The position numbers and the translations under genes are program-made. Below the pieces are notes generated by a model. The model was not told where the DNA came from, searched no databases, and was given only the letters and a program-made list of their open reading frames with translations. From Mobula hypostoma (lineage: Eukaryota), in the NCBI RefSeq assembly GCF_963921235.1, contig NC_086097.1, positions 86,058,001-86,122,000 of the forward strand: a DNA stretch of 64,000 nucleotides, written 5' to 3'. Below, piece after piece: positions 52,958 to 63,430 of the stretch (positions are counted from its first letter, which is position 1; the number at the start of each line of letters is the position of its first letter).

Positions 52958-54861
52958 CAGCTCCTCGTCCCGCTCCTGTGCCTGTATAAAGTCCCCCCGG
53001 CTAATGCTAAGTCTGCCTCAGCTCCCTCACTTCCTCTTGTTTCATTTCGTTCCGTCTTTCCACTTTCTATTTCCCCCCCGTACAGGGTGGGCAGAAACGT
53101 TTCAGCTAAATTTATATCAGCCTCTGCAGCTTTCCTCGCCATCCGCCGAGTTACTGCGCAAATGGGATAAACCTGCGAGTCCACGGGCGGGGCCTCCATG
53201 CTGGCAGGCTGACTTGTCAGCCTCACGGCGGGGAACACATTTCCTCCCGCGAGGTCATTTCCGAGCAAGACTTCCACGTCTTTCATCGGTAACTCGGACC
53301 TCACCCCGATCGTGCCTAGTCCAGAGACCAAGTTGCTTTGTAGGTGTATCTGGTGCAAAGGCATGGCTTCAGTCCCTTGTCCAATGCCCTTTATCACACT
53401 GACCTCCCCAGTCTCAGTCTCTGAGCTAAACTCTAATACACTCTTCAGTATTAGTGACTGACACGCTCCCGTGTCTCTCCAGATCCGCACTGGAACTGGT
53501 TTTAACCCCTCCTTCACTGACACCAATCCGGCCGAGATAAACCTCTCGCGTCCTTCCTGGACTTTTTCAGACCTGTCCTTCCCTAGCGGTTCGCTTAACA
53601 GCTCAATACAGCCATTCAACATTGCCGTCTTTCCTTTTCCCGTCTCCTTCTTTGGGGCAAAGCACCTGGACGCAAAGTGTCCGACTTTCCCACAATTATA
53701 ACAGACAACCCCAGGAGACTTCCTACCAGACTGCTCCCGGTCTACCTTATCCTTTTCACTAGTCCCCGGCTTACTTTCTGACTTTTCCGGCGGACTCTCC
53801 CCACCGTCCTGACTACCCTTCTGGTAGCCTTTACTCGGGGAAAACTTCATTTTATGCGTCAACGCATACTCATCCGCTAACTTAGCAGTTGCGGCTAACG
53901 TGGCTGCCTCTTTCTCATCGAGGTAGGGTCTCATACTCTCAGAGACACAACCTTTAAACTGCTCAATCAGGATCAGTTGTAGCAGTCTGTCATAATCCCC
54001 CTCTACCCCCTTCGAGGCGCACCAACGCTCACAATATGTTTGCATCTCACGGGCAAACTCCAAATACGTGCGGTCCCACTGCTTCCTCGCATTCCGGAAC
54101 CTCTGCCGGTATGCCTCCGGGACCAACTCATAAATCCTGAGGATGGCCTCTTTCACCACCTCATACCTCTGGGCATCTTCCGCGGACAAAGCTGAGTAAG
54201 CTTGTTGGGCTTTCCCTTTCAGTACACTCTGAAGTAAGACAACCCACTTATCCCTCGGCCAGTCCTGACTTATAGCCACTTTTTCGAAGTGGAGAAAGTA
54301 CCGATCCACGTCGGTATCGTCAAATGGGGGAACCAGCCTAACCTCCTGGGTCGCCCGGAACCCTCCACCTTGGTTCGGCACGAGCCCCTGCTCGGCCCTT
54401 ATCTTTAACTCCTCCAGCTCAAATTCCCTTTCCCTCTGTTTCCCTCTCTCTTCTCGCTCCCATTGCCTCTCTTTCTTCTCTCTCTCTAACTGTCTGTCCC
54501 TCTCTTTCTCTTCTCTCTCCAACTGTCTTTCTCTCTCTTTCTCTTTCTCCCGCCTTTCTAACTGCTTCTCTTCGTGTTCTAACTGCCGTACCCGGAACTC
54601 GTGCTCGAGTCTCAGTTTTTCAAGCTGTACCTGTACCGCGTCTCCAGCAGGTTTTTCAATAGACACCACCCCCAGCTCACCTTGGGGAAACACACCTTTA
54701 GATACATAGTGCTCTACAATAGCTCTGTGTATCTCCTCTCTCCTCATTGTCGACTTCACCTTAGCAAGATTCAACCGTTTGGCCACAGTTATCAATTCCG
54801 ATTTCCTGGCATCCCCTAATGCCTCCAAGGTCGGCGCCTTTATAAATTCCTCAGCCTCCAT
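52957..54861 (-). CDS. gag: Gag-protease: E/R/K coiled coil, capsid with SCAN-like domain, CCHC knuckle, aspartyl protease
   Basis: Open 634-aa ORF with PEAYRQRFR...LILIEQF...AKLADEY, CYNCGKVGHFASRC, RDTGACQS and LLGND. Confidence 0.9.
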   Translation of the reverse strand: MEAEEFIKAPTLEALGDARKSELITVAKRLNLAKVKSTMRREEIHRAIVEHYVSKGVFPQGELGVVSIEKPAGDAVQVQLEKLRLEHEFRVRQLEHEEKQLERREKEKERERQLEREEKERDRQLEREKKERQWEREERGKQREREFELEELKIRAEQGLVPNQGGGFRATQEVRLVPPFDDTDVDRYFLHFEKVAISQDWPRDKWVVLLQSVLKGKAQQAYSALSAEDAQRYEVVKEAILRIYELVPEAYRQRFRNARKQWDRTYLEFAREMQTYCERWCASKGVEGDYDRLLQLILIEQFKGCVSESMRPYLDEKEAATLAATAKLADEYALTHKMKFSPSKGYQKGSQDGGESPPEKSESKPGTSEKDKVDREQSGRKSPGVVCYNCGKVGHFASRCFAPKKETGKGKTAMLNGCIELLSEPLGKDRSEKVQEGRERFISAGLVSVKEGLKPVPVRIWRDTGACQSLILKSVLEFSSETETGEVSVIKGIGQGTEAMPLHQIHLQSNLVSGLGTIGVRSELPMKDVEVLLGNDLAGGNVFPAVRLTSQPASMEAPPVDSQVYPICAVTRRMARKAAEADINLAETFLPTLYGGEIESGKTERNETRGSEGAEADLALAGGTLYRHRSGTRS

Positions 54862-54937
54862 TTCTGCTGTTTGTCTTTTCTTTCTTTCGGGAATTTTAAC
54901 CCAATCAATTTACTCCGTCCCAAATTTAGCGTTCAAA

Positions 54938-54955
54938 ATCCCGGACGAGCCCCCA
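54938..54955 (-). other. tRNA-Pro primer binding site
   Basis: The minus strand reads TGGGGGCTCGTCCGGGAT, the 18-nt complement of the vertebrate tRNA-Pro 3' end, 4 nt inside the 5' LTR. Confidence 0.92.
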
Positions 54956-54959
54956 CTTA

Positions 54960-55808
54960 TGTTACGTACCCCGTAACTGGGTTGCCAAACCAGCAGAAAT
55001 GGATCACTCAGTTGGAGTCTGGAGTACTAGAACTAAGAAAGTTTTATTAAAGAAACAAGCAACACAGTAATCGAAAGGATAATAAATGCAACAGTTCAGC
55101 GATGATAAACACACATGTGCACAGAATTAAGATAACAGCATCAATCAAGCTCTATCGTTGTCTAGGGGTAAATGACCAAATTTCAAAGTGACTCAAAGTT
55201 CAGTCCAGTTTAGTAGTTCAGTTCGCAGTAATCGTTGCCATGGCGATGGACAACGTGGGGGAAGAGAGAGAGGGAACAGGAACAACTGATCATTCAGACG
55301 CGGCTTCACTCACAGACCGGCGAGGTGGCTCACAAGCAGCTTTTGGGCGGGTCCTTGGTGATGTCACCTGAGGTCACCGACTGTGACCCCTCCTCCAGAT
55401 GCGGTCGATCCTCTGCAGTGAACCCGGCACCCAGGCAAGGGTGGACACACACCGGGTTCCCGCTGATCGTACCTTTCCACCCTGGCCGTTGTCTGGTACT
55501 TCCCACCGACTCGTGAGAAGTGTACCGCTTCCAGGGTCTCGTTACCTCGGGTGGCGTGTGTCCTGCCTTAGCAAACCGGTCCGTTTTTATCCCCCTGCTG
55601 GGGTATCGCCTGTCCATACTTCAAACAGTTCAGGGTTCAAAGGGGGAGCCGCTCCAGACAGCTCTCTCTCCCACGTCCCTTCATTACACATCTCCAGACG
55701 CTGCTCCATTGTTCCTTATCTCTCCTTCCCCTGAGGGCAGGTGGCAGACCACTTGCTGATGTCACTGATGCTAACCTAGGCCAGCAAACATCTTAATTTT
55801 ATGTGTAT
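54960..55808 (-). repeat. 5' LTR, outer 10 nt missing
   Basis: Matches 50854-51703 (7 substitutions, 1 indel) and lacks the terminal tctcgtcaca. Confidence 0.92.
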
Positions 55809-56148
55809 ATGTTTCTATGTTTCTAAGGCTAAATGTCTACCTTTCAAGTTTTCAACAGCAGCCAGCAGAAAATGATACTTTAAATGACAAAGTAATGGAG
55901 CAACCATTAACAAGCAAAACTTTGCAGTAATCGGATTGGTGATCGACTGCATCTAAAAATGGGACAACAATGCGTATACTAGTACCTGTCACTTGAAACT
56001 TAAAGCCCCAAAAATGGAAGTCAGACCCAGTAAAAATGCCATTAAAATGTTCTCAGCCTGTGCACTAAGTGTAAAAGTGGCTTTTGAATCTGATATCTGA
56101 AGAAGAATTAATTCCATTCACAAAATCGTGGGTGCTTTTTATTGTCAC
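55808..56148 (+). repeat. 341-bp direct duplication, copy 2
   Basis: Identical by eye to 50513-50853. Confidence 0.93.
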
Positions 56149-57081
56149 TTAATGATTAACATTGAATTCAACTGTGCTCAGAAAAGTGACCAGATTCAAC
56201 ATCAAGGCCATATTTCCAGAAGGGTGAGTGATTGGTATTTTGTCTGATAAATGGCAATATGAAGGCTCGAATGTGAAAAATTGATCCATTATTCAGGTCC
56301 CCATCCTTGACCAGTAACACCAGGCTAGAAAGTGGAGGTGTGTGGGAGAAAGAGCAGTCTACATTCCCTGGCTGTACAGTCAACTGGCATTTCAGCAAAT
56401 CTGGGGTAGTTGCAATCAAGGTGAACTTGCCTAGTTTTGGCTAAAAATAAATTCAAGGATTTGGACCATTTTGTGTATTTTTTAAGTGGCAACTTTCTGT
56501 GGAAATCACACTTGTCACAAAACAGAGCCTGACATTTCAACCTGCATGATGCTAAGTTCTGTCCCGCTGAAAGAAAATGGAGTCTATCATGTCTTTCACT
56601 TTTAACTTGCAATAAAACAAGGTGCAGTTCTCAGGATGAGTGATCTCATGATTACAAAATGAGGCAGGTTGCACCAGCTACTAAGTCACTGATACATCCA
56701 CAACTGGAGTATAAAGTATGGAATTTGCCTCAATATTCTTCCCAACAGCAATATCCTGGAGGTTACCATTGACAAGAAGTTGAATGAGAACAATCACATA
56801 CATAATGTAACTACAGGGAAAGTGGATACTGGGTATCCTGTGGTGAGCAACTCACCCTCTGATCTCCCAACGCTTTTCCTCCATTTACCAGCCACAAGAA
56901 TGTGATCAGATACTCTCCACTTGCAATTCCAAAAACATCCAAGAAACCAGACATGGAAGAAAGCGGCCTGTTTGATGGGGGTCTGATTTTAAAACCTAAC
57001 ATCCATTCCCTCCATTACCAACACATAGTGACTGTACTATATACCATTTGCAAAGCGCACTGCAGTAGCTTCTACAAACTA

Positions 57082-57207
57082 TTCCAACAGCACCTCATAA
57101 ACCCCAGACCATTCTAACAGCACTTCATAACCCCAGACCATTCTAACAGCAGCTCATAACCCCAGACCATTCTAACAGCAGCTCATAACCCCAGACTATT
57201 CCAGCAG
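57082..57207 (+). repeat. Minisatellite, ~29-bp unit, ~4 copies
   Basis: ttctaacagcagctcataaccccagacca repeated, inside an old LINE-like remnant (~56690-57420). Confidence 0.85.
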
Positions 57208-58822
57208 GAACTGATAAACTCACTGTCCCTAATATCAAAGAGAACAAAGACAGCAACTGTCAAAGAATATCATCTATATATCTGCAGCTCCTCAGCATCC
57301 CTGGGTCTTAATCCTGAAATGCTCTGTCCATTGCACTGCAAAGGCTCAAGAACAGAGCTCGCTACCACATTCTTAAGGGCATTTGGGGATGAGAAATAAA
57401 TGCAGATGCAACCAGTGACAACCCATGCTCCAAAAAAATGAATAAACAAAGAAAAGTGACGTGCCCAGAGTGTAAATTAATTCCTTCAAATTAGCTGTGT
57501 TATGCAATATCTAAAAGCAACAGAACCATGGATAATTGATGTTGCACAGTAGCAGGCACCAAAAAAAAATGCACAAACCTGGCACAGATTCCAATTACCA
57601 AGCAAGCCAATACTCAAATTTATTGAGCTAATTACAAACTTCGTATTTTAGGAAGCATTACTGTTTTTGCTGTCACACCTTTTTTTAAACATGCTCTTGT
57701 TCAGGAAGATAATTCAAACTAATTAATGCTAACCTAGCCACTGAAATAAATGTAAAATAACACTATGTTCCAGCAGACTTCTGCAGTGATTAATGGTGGC
57801 ATTTGATCTAACACAGTTTTCCACAGAGCATTGATAGTCGGTAAGTACAATGAAAGAGTGGAAAGGAAAATGTTGTTATTAGATGGTCTGGTTAGGGTTG
57901 TTTTTCAATATTCTGACTCAGTTACAGTCTTGTCCGCTGTGAGGTAGGCTGAAGCACCCACGTCGGATGGTCATGGTGTGTAAGTTTTTTTGAGTGACAT
58001 CCAAGTCTCATTCACAGCAAAAGATACATCTTCCTGAAGCAGAGCCACCCTTCCTTCAGTGGGAAAGGTGTAGGTTTCTGCAAGTAAAACAAAGTGAGGC
58101 ATTTTATGTTTAATGAAACCAGTAACACATTTCATTGAACTCCAAAACCTACACAACAAAAATGCACTAAAAACCTTTTATGCAATAAAACCATCACATC
58201 AGACCAGCCTCTTAAAGTGAAGCCCTCACTCAATGTTGGTGGTTGTGAATTATGTACATTTCTTTCAATACATTACCCTACACAGGACCTCCAGAGTTCA
58301 CTAAAACCAGAACCGTGAACCCCTCTGGAGCTCAGACCAGCCACCCTGCTCAGTCCAGTGTTCCATGGGTGGAGGAACAGCAGGAGCCTCTGGCTTGTCC
58401 ATAGATGCGTTGACATGCTCGTGGTCATGTTCTGATGCCAGGGGCATGGCAGCTGAATGCACCAAATCTTGGTGGGACGGTTTAAGGCAATCTACTGAAA
58501 TATGTTCAGGTTTACCCCTCTTATCTATGATAAAAGTCTTTTCTTCCCATTCCAAAACACAGAATGGGCCATCGTAAGGGGGCCTAAGGGGATGTTGATA
58601 TGCATCATGGCGGATGAAATCAAACGAGGCAGAATCTAGGTCCATAGGAACCCAAGAGTTCAGTACACCACAATGGGAGGTTGGAACAGGTGAAAAGGAA
58701 TTGAATTTACTGAGAAAGGTAGAATGCTGTTGAGAGGCTAACCAGGTGGTCGTGGCATCAGGAATGATATCACCTGGCACTTGTAATGGCTGCCCATATT
58801 CAAGCTCAGCCACGGACAACTG

Positions 58823-60166
58823 GGTTACAGAGTACCTGGAGGCATATGACAAGATAGGCAGAACTCAGCACGGGTTCCTTAAAGGAAAATCCTGCCTGAC
58901 AAACCTATTATAATTTTTTGAGGAAATTACCAGTAGGTTAGACAAGGGAGATGTAGTGGATGTTGTATATTTGGATTTTCAGAAGGCCTTTGACAAGGTG
59001 CCACACATGAGGCTACTTAACAAGATAAGAGCCCATGGAATTACGGGACAGTTACATACGTGGATAGAGCGTTGGCTGATTGGCAGGAAACAGAGAGTGG
59101 GAATAAAGGGATCCTATTCTGGTTGGCTGCTGGTTACCAGTGGTGTTCCACAGGGGTCCGTGTTGGGGCTGTTCCTTTTTACATTGTACATCAACGATTT
59201 GGATTATGGAATAGATGGCTTTGTGACTAAGTTTGCTGACGATACGAAGATAGGTGGAGGGGCCGGTAGTGCTGAGGAAACAGAGAGTCTGCAGAGAGAC
59301 TTGGATAGATTGGAAGAATGGGCAGAGAAGTGGCAAATGAAGTACAATGTTGGAAAGTATATGGTTATGCACTTTGGCAGAAAAAATAAACGGGCAGACT
59401 ATTATTTAAATGGGGAAAGAATTCAAGGTTCTGAGATGCAACGGGACTTGGGAGTCCTCGTACAGGATACCCTTAAAGTTAACCTCCACGTTGAGTCAGT
59501 AGTGAAGAAGGTGAATGCAATGTTGGCATTCATTTCTAGAGGAATAGAGTATAGGAGCAGGGATGTAATGTTGAGGCTCTATAAGGCACTGGTGAGACCT
59601 CACTTGGAGTACTGTGGGCAGTTTTGGTCTCCTTATTTCAGAAAGAATGTGCTGACGTTGGAGAGGGTACAGAGAAGATTCACTGGAATGATTCCGGGAA
59701 TGAGAGGGTTAACATATGAGGAACGTTTGTCCGCTCTTGGACTGTATTCCTTGGAGTTTAGAAGAATGAGGGGAGACCTCATAGAAACATTTCGAATGTT
59801 GAAAGGCATGGACAGAGTGGATGTGGCAAAGTTGTTTCCCATGATGGGGGAGTCTAGTACGAGAGGGCATGACTTAAGGATTGAAGGGCGCCCATTCAGA
59901 ACAGAAATGCAAAGAAATTTTTTTAGTCAGAAGGTGGTGAATCTATGGAATTTGTTGCCACGGGCAGCAATGGAGGCCAAGTCATTGGGTGTATTTAAGG
60001 CAGAGATTGATAGATATCTGAGTAGCCAGGGCATCAAAGGTTATGGTGAGAAGGCGGGGGAGTGGGACTAAATGGGAGAATGGATCAGCTCATGATAAAA
60101 TGGCGGAGCAGACTCGATGGGCCAAATGGCCAACTTCTGCTCCTTTGTCTTATGGTTTTATGGTCT
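58823..60166 (+). mobile_element. Young 5'-truncated CR1 nested in the Gypsy integrase
   Basis: 371-aa open RT frame 58956..60071. TSD AACTG (58818-58822, 60167-60171); excision restores EDLQLSVAELEYG. Confidence 0.92.
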
Positions 60167-61414
60167 AACTGCAGATCCTCCTTTGGAGCTGTTCTGAGCC
60201 CTAGTAGGACCCCTGAGAGCTGATCATACCAACACTCATCGGTCAGGGAAGGCATCAGAGCAGTGAATCCACTCGTATAGGCCATTGGACCGTGGGTGAT
60301 ATGCCATGGTGTGCTGTATCCTAACATCAAGGTTCTGGGCCATTGCAGCCCAACGGTCTGCAGTGAATTGGGAACCGCGGTCAGAGGAAATATCGGATGG
60401 GGTGTCTAACAGAGCAACACAAGATGAACACTCTAGCCATGTCTGTGGCCGTTGTCAGTGCTAGAGGGACAACCTCTGGCACCCTGGTGGTACAGTCCAC
60501 CACGGTAAAAAGGTGTGTGAAACCGCATGAGGGGGGAAGAGGACAAACAAGGACTACATTGACATGGTCAAACAGTCACTCAGGGACCTCAAAAGAAGCC
60601 AGTGGCACATGAACATGATGGTTAATTTTTGCCCACTGACACTCCACACGAGCTGCGGTCCAATCATGCACATCCTTTCTGAGGCCGTGCCAAACAAACT
60701 TTAGCGCAACCATTTTCCGTGAGGCCTTCCACCCTGGATGCAAGAAGCCATGTATGGAGTCAAAAGCTGTCCATCTCCAGTTTGTGGCAGGTTGGAACAA
60801 AGGTGACTGGTTGAGACATTGCACAGGAGAGAAACCCCACCCTCCCTGAACTTAACATCAGCCTGTGACTGCTGTTCGGAAAGCCTGAGTCCATAGCTTG
60901 GTTGGCTGCTATGCTGGCATAATCAACCCCTATGTTTACGGCCTCAATGGCTGGCTGTAAGAGACAATTGGCCATGGCATTATTTTCCCCCCTGATATGT
61001 TGTGTATCTGTTGAGAACTCGGTGTTGTTGCTGTTAGACCAAGGGTCTGATATTTTGGGCATTGCCTGCACAAAGGGTTTATGGTCAATGAATGCTGTGA
61101 AATGGTGACCCTCTAGAAAAAAATGGAAATGGTGGACAGCCAGGCAGAGAATGAAAGCTCATAGTCAAATGTGCTGTATTTCCTTTTGGGGAGATGGAGC
61201 TGCTGACGGCCACACACCTTCGACCAACTGTTCGTGCACATCACCCACAGCATAATCTGAAGCGTCAGTAGTAATGGCTATGGGTGCATTGGGGAGCGGG
61301 TGTATTAGTCGGGTCACGTTAGAAAGAGCTTGTTTGGTATCATTGAATGCCCTGGTCATGTCCGCTGACCAGTCAAACACTTGATTAGGAGTATTGCCTT
61401 TAATCGCACTATAC

Positions 61415-62862
61415 CGACTGCGGGAACTACAGAGGCATCTCACTACTTTCCATTGCTGGAAAAATCCTCGCCCGCATCTTCCTCAACAGACTGATTCCAA
61501 CAGTGTCAGAAGAGAACCTTCCCGAGTCGCAATGCGGCTTTTGTCCCGAACACAGCACTGTCGACATGATCTTCGCAGTGAGACAGATACAGAAGTGCCT
61601 GGAAGAGAACATGACATAATATTCATTGATCTGACGAAGGCGTTTGACATGGTCAATAGAAACATGCTGTGGATCATCCTTAGAAAGCTTGGCTGCCCAC
61701 AGAAATTCACTACATTCATCCGCCGCTCCACAATGGCATGACAGGAGAAGTGTTCTCAGATGGTTCCCCATCTGAGACTTTCAACATCTCAAATGGCGTG
61801 AAGCAAGGGTGCATTCTACCACCAGTGCTCTTCAACCTCTTCTTCACACAAATGCTGAAGCATGCTGTTAATGACCTAGACCTGAGTACTTACATAAGAA
61901 GTCCCCTAGACGGATTGATGTTTGACCTGAGACGCCTTGCTGCAAAGACCAAAACGTTGAGGAGACTCATCACCGAAGCCCTGTTTGCTGATGACTGTGC
62001 CCTCATGGTCCACCAGGAGAACCACCTGTGAACGATTGTCGACAAGTTCTCTGCAGCCTCAAAGCTGTTCGGCCTGACAATCAGCCTCGGTAAGACAGAA
62101 GTTCTCCTACAACCTGCACCAAACAGTCACTCTCCTCAGCCATGCATCACCATCAACGGCACTGTCCTGAACTCCGTGTCAAAGTTCTGGAGCACAAGGA
62201 CATTCAGCTTTCAACCAAGCTCAGGGTGTACAAGGCTGTGGTCCTCACCTCTCTCCTGTACGGCTGCGAAACCTGGACCCTGTACTGCAGGCACATCAAA
62301 CAGCTGGAGCAGGTTCACATGCGCTCTCTGCGGTCGATCATGAGGATACGATGGCAGGACCGATCACAAATCAGGAAGTCCTTGACAGAGCTAACAGCAC
62401 AAGCACTGAGGCAAGGATCCTCCAGGCCCAGCTACACTGGACTGGCCATGTAATCCGGATGGGTGAAACAAGAATCCCCAGGCAGCTGCTCTACGGTGAG
62501 CTTGGGCATGGCAGTCGCAAACAGGGCCGCCCCAGAAAACGATTCAAAGACAATCTGAAATCGTACATCAAATGGGCAGACCTCCAGCCTCGACAGCTTG
62601 AGGACTCCTCAGCCAACAGGGCTGCGTGGCGCGCCCTGACCAGAAAAGCTGCATCTGACTTTGAGGGTGACCGAAATCAGCGCCTTGCAGCAGCACGAGA
62701 CCGACACCACAAAGCTGTGTGTGCACCTGTTCTAACAACCGCCATTCCATGTCCAACCTGCAACTACACGTGTGCTTCGGCCTTCGGCCTCCAAAGCCAC
62801 ATGCGTATCCACAGATGACTGCACAATGTTTAGTCTTCCTCAGACCCCGAGCGACAACCACC
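61415..62862 (+). mobile_element. 5'-truncated RTE-clade (BovB-like) LINE nested in Gypsy pol
   Basis: DCGNYRGISLLSIAGKILAR, FIDLTKAFD, NGVKQGC, LFADD, LLYGCETW and C-terminal CPTC...GLQSHMRIH. Internal deletion near 62172. Confidence 0.88.
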
Positions 62863-63330
62863 ACAGGGGAGCACAAGTTCACCAGCTCGTGGAATGAAGC
62901 AGTGAGAGAAATTCCTGTCATTTTTTAGCAGTGATGGCCAGTGGAAGATCCATAATAACGGCTACCTTTGATGGGAGAAGTTTCACACCTTCTGTGGCGA
63001 TCCCATGGCCAAGAAAATCAGTGGTTGACAACCCAAGCTGGCAGTTGGCAAATTTAATAATCAACACATGTTGGCTGAAGCACTTGAAAAGTGTGCGGAG
63101 ATGAGATACGTGCTCAGATTTGGATGCACTGGCATCAAGTCTGCCATCCAGGTAAATGAAAAGAAAATCTAAGTCTTTTAATATGGAATCCATCAGCTGT
63201 TGGATAGTCTGTGCTGCATTTTTTCAGTCCAAATGGCATGCGCAGAAACTCAAAAAGGCCATAAGGGGTTATCACAGCTGTTTTGGGAATGTCCTCCAAG
63301 CACAGAGGTACCTGATGGGAGCCCCTAACT

Positions 63331-63430
63331 ACAAACAAGAGAAAATCTGCAGATGCTGGAAATCCCAGCAACACACACAAAATGCTGGAGAACTCACCAG
63401 CCAGGCAGCATCCATGGAGAAGAGTACTGT
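63331..63430 (-). mobile_element. Penelope-derived short repeat nested in Gypsy RT
   Basis: Reverse complement of the 40350-40450 body (aatctgcagatgctggaaat...ggcagcatccatgg), truncated just before the hammerhead. Confidence 0.75.

Larger units (their letters stand above)
50854..55808 (-). mobile_element. Non-autonomous Gmr1-like Gypsy LTR retrotransposon
   Basis: Two ~99% identical LTRs, tRNA-Pro PBS, PPT, open SCAN-like Gag-PR ORF, and pol remnants in the order INT-RT-RH. Confidence 0.9.

Noticed and set aside
54931..54955. tRNA-Pro gene
   Set aside because: Only the 3' end including CCA is present, adjacent to an LTR. It is a PBS.
50854..55808. Endogenous gammaretrovirus suggested by PBS-Pro
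   Set aside because: No env; Gag and pol motifs and the INT-before-RT order are Gmr1-like Gypsy.
57082..57207. Regular ~29-bp repeats resembling a CRISPR array
   Set aside because: Units are contiguous with no unique spacers, there are no cas genes and the context is eukaryotic. It is a minisatellite.
57971..58095. Minus-strand acceptor ttttacttgcag with a short ORF
   Set aside because: The acceptor lies inside the probable Gypsy LTR (58069-58282) and the peptide is unrecognisable.
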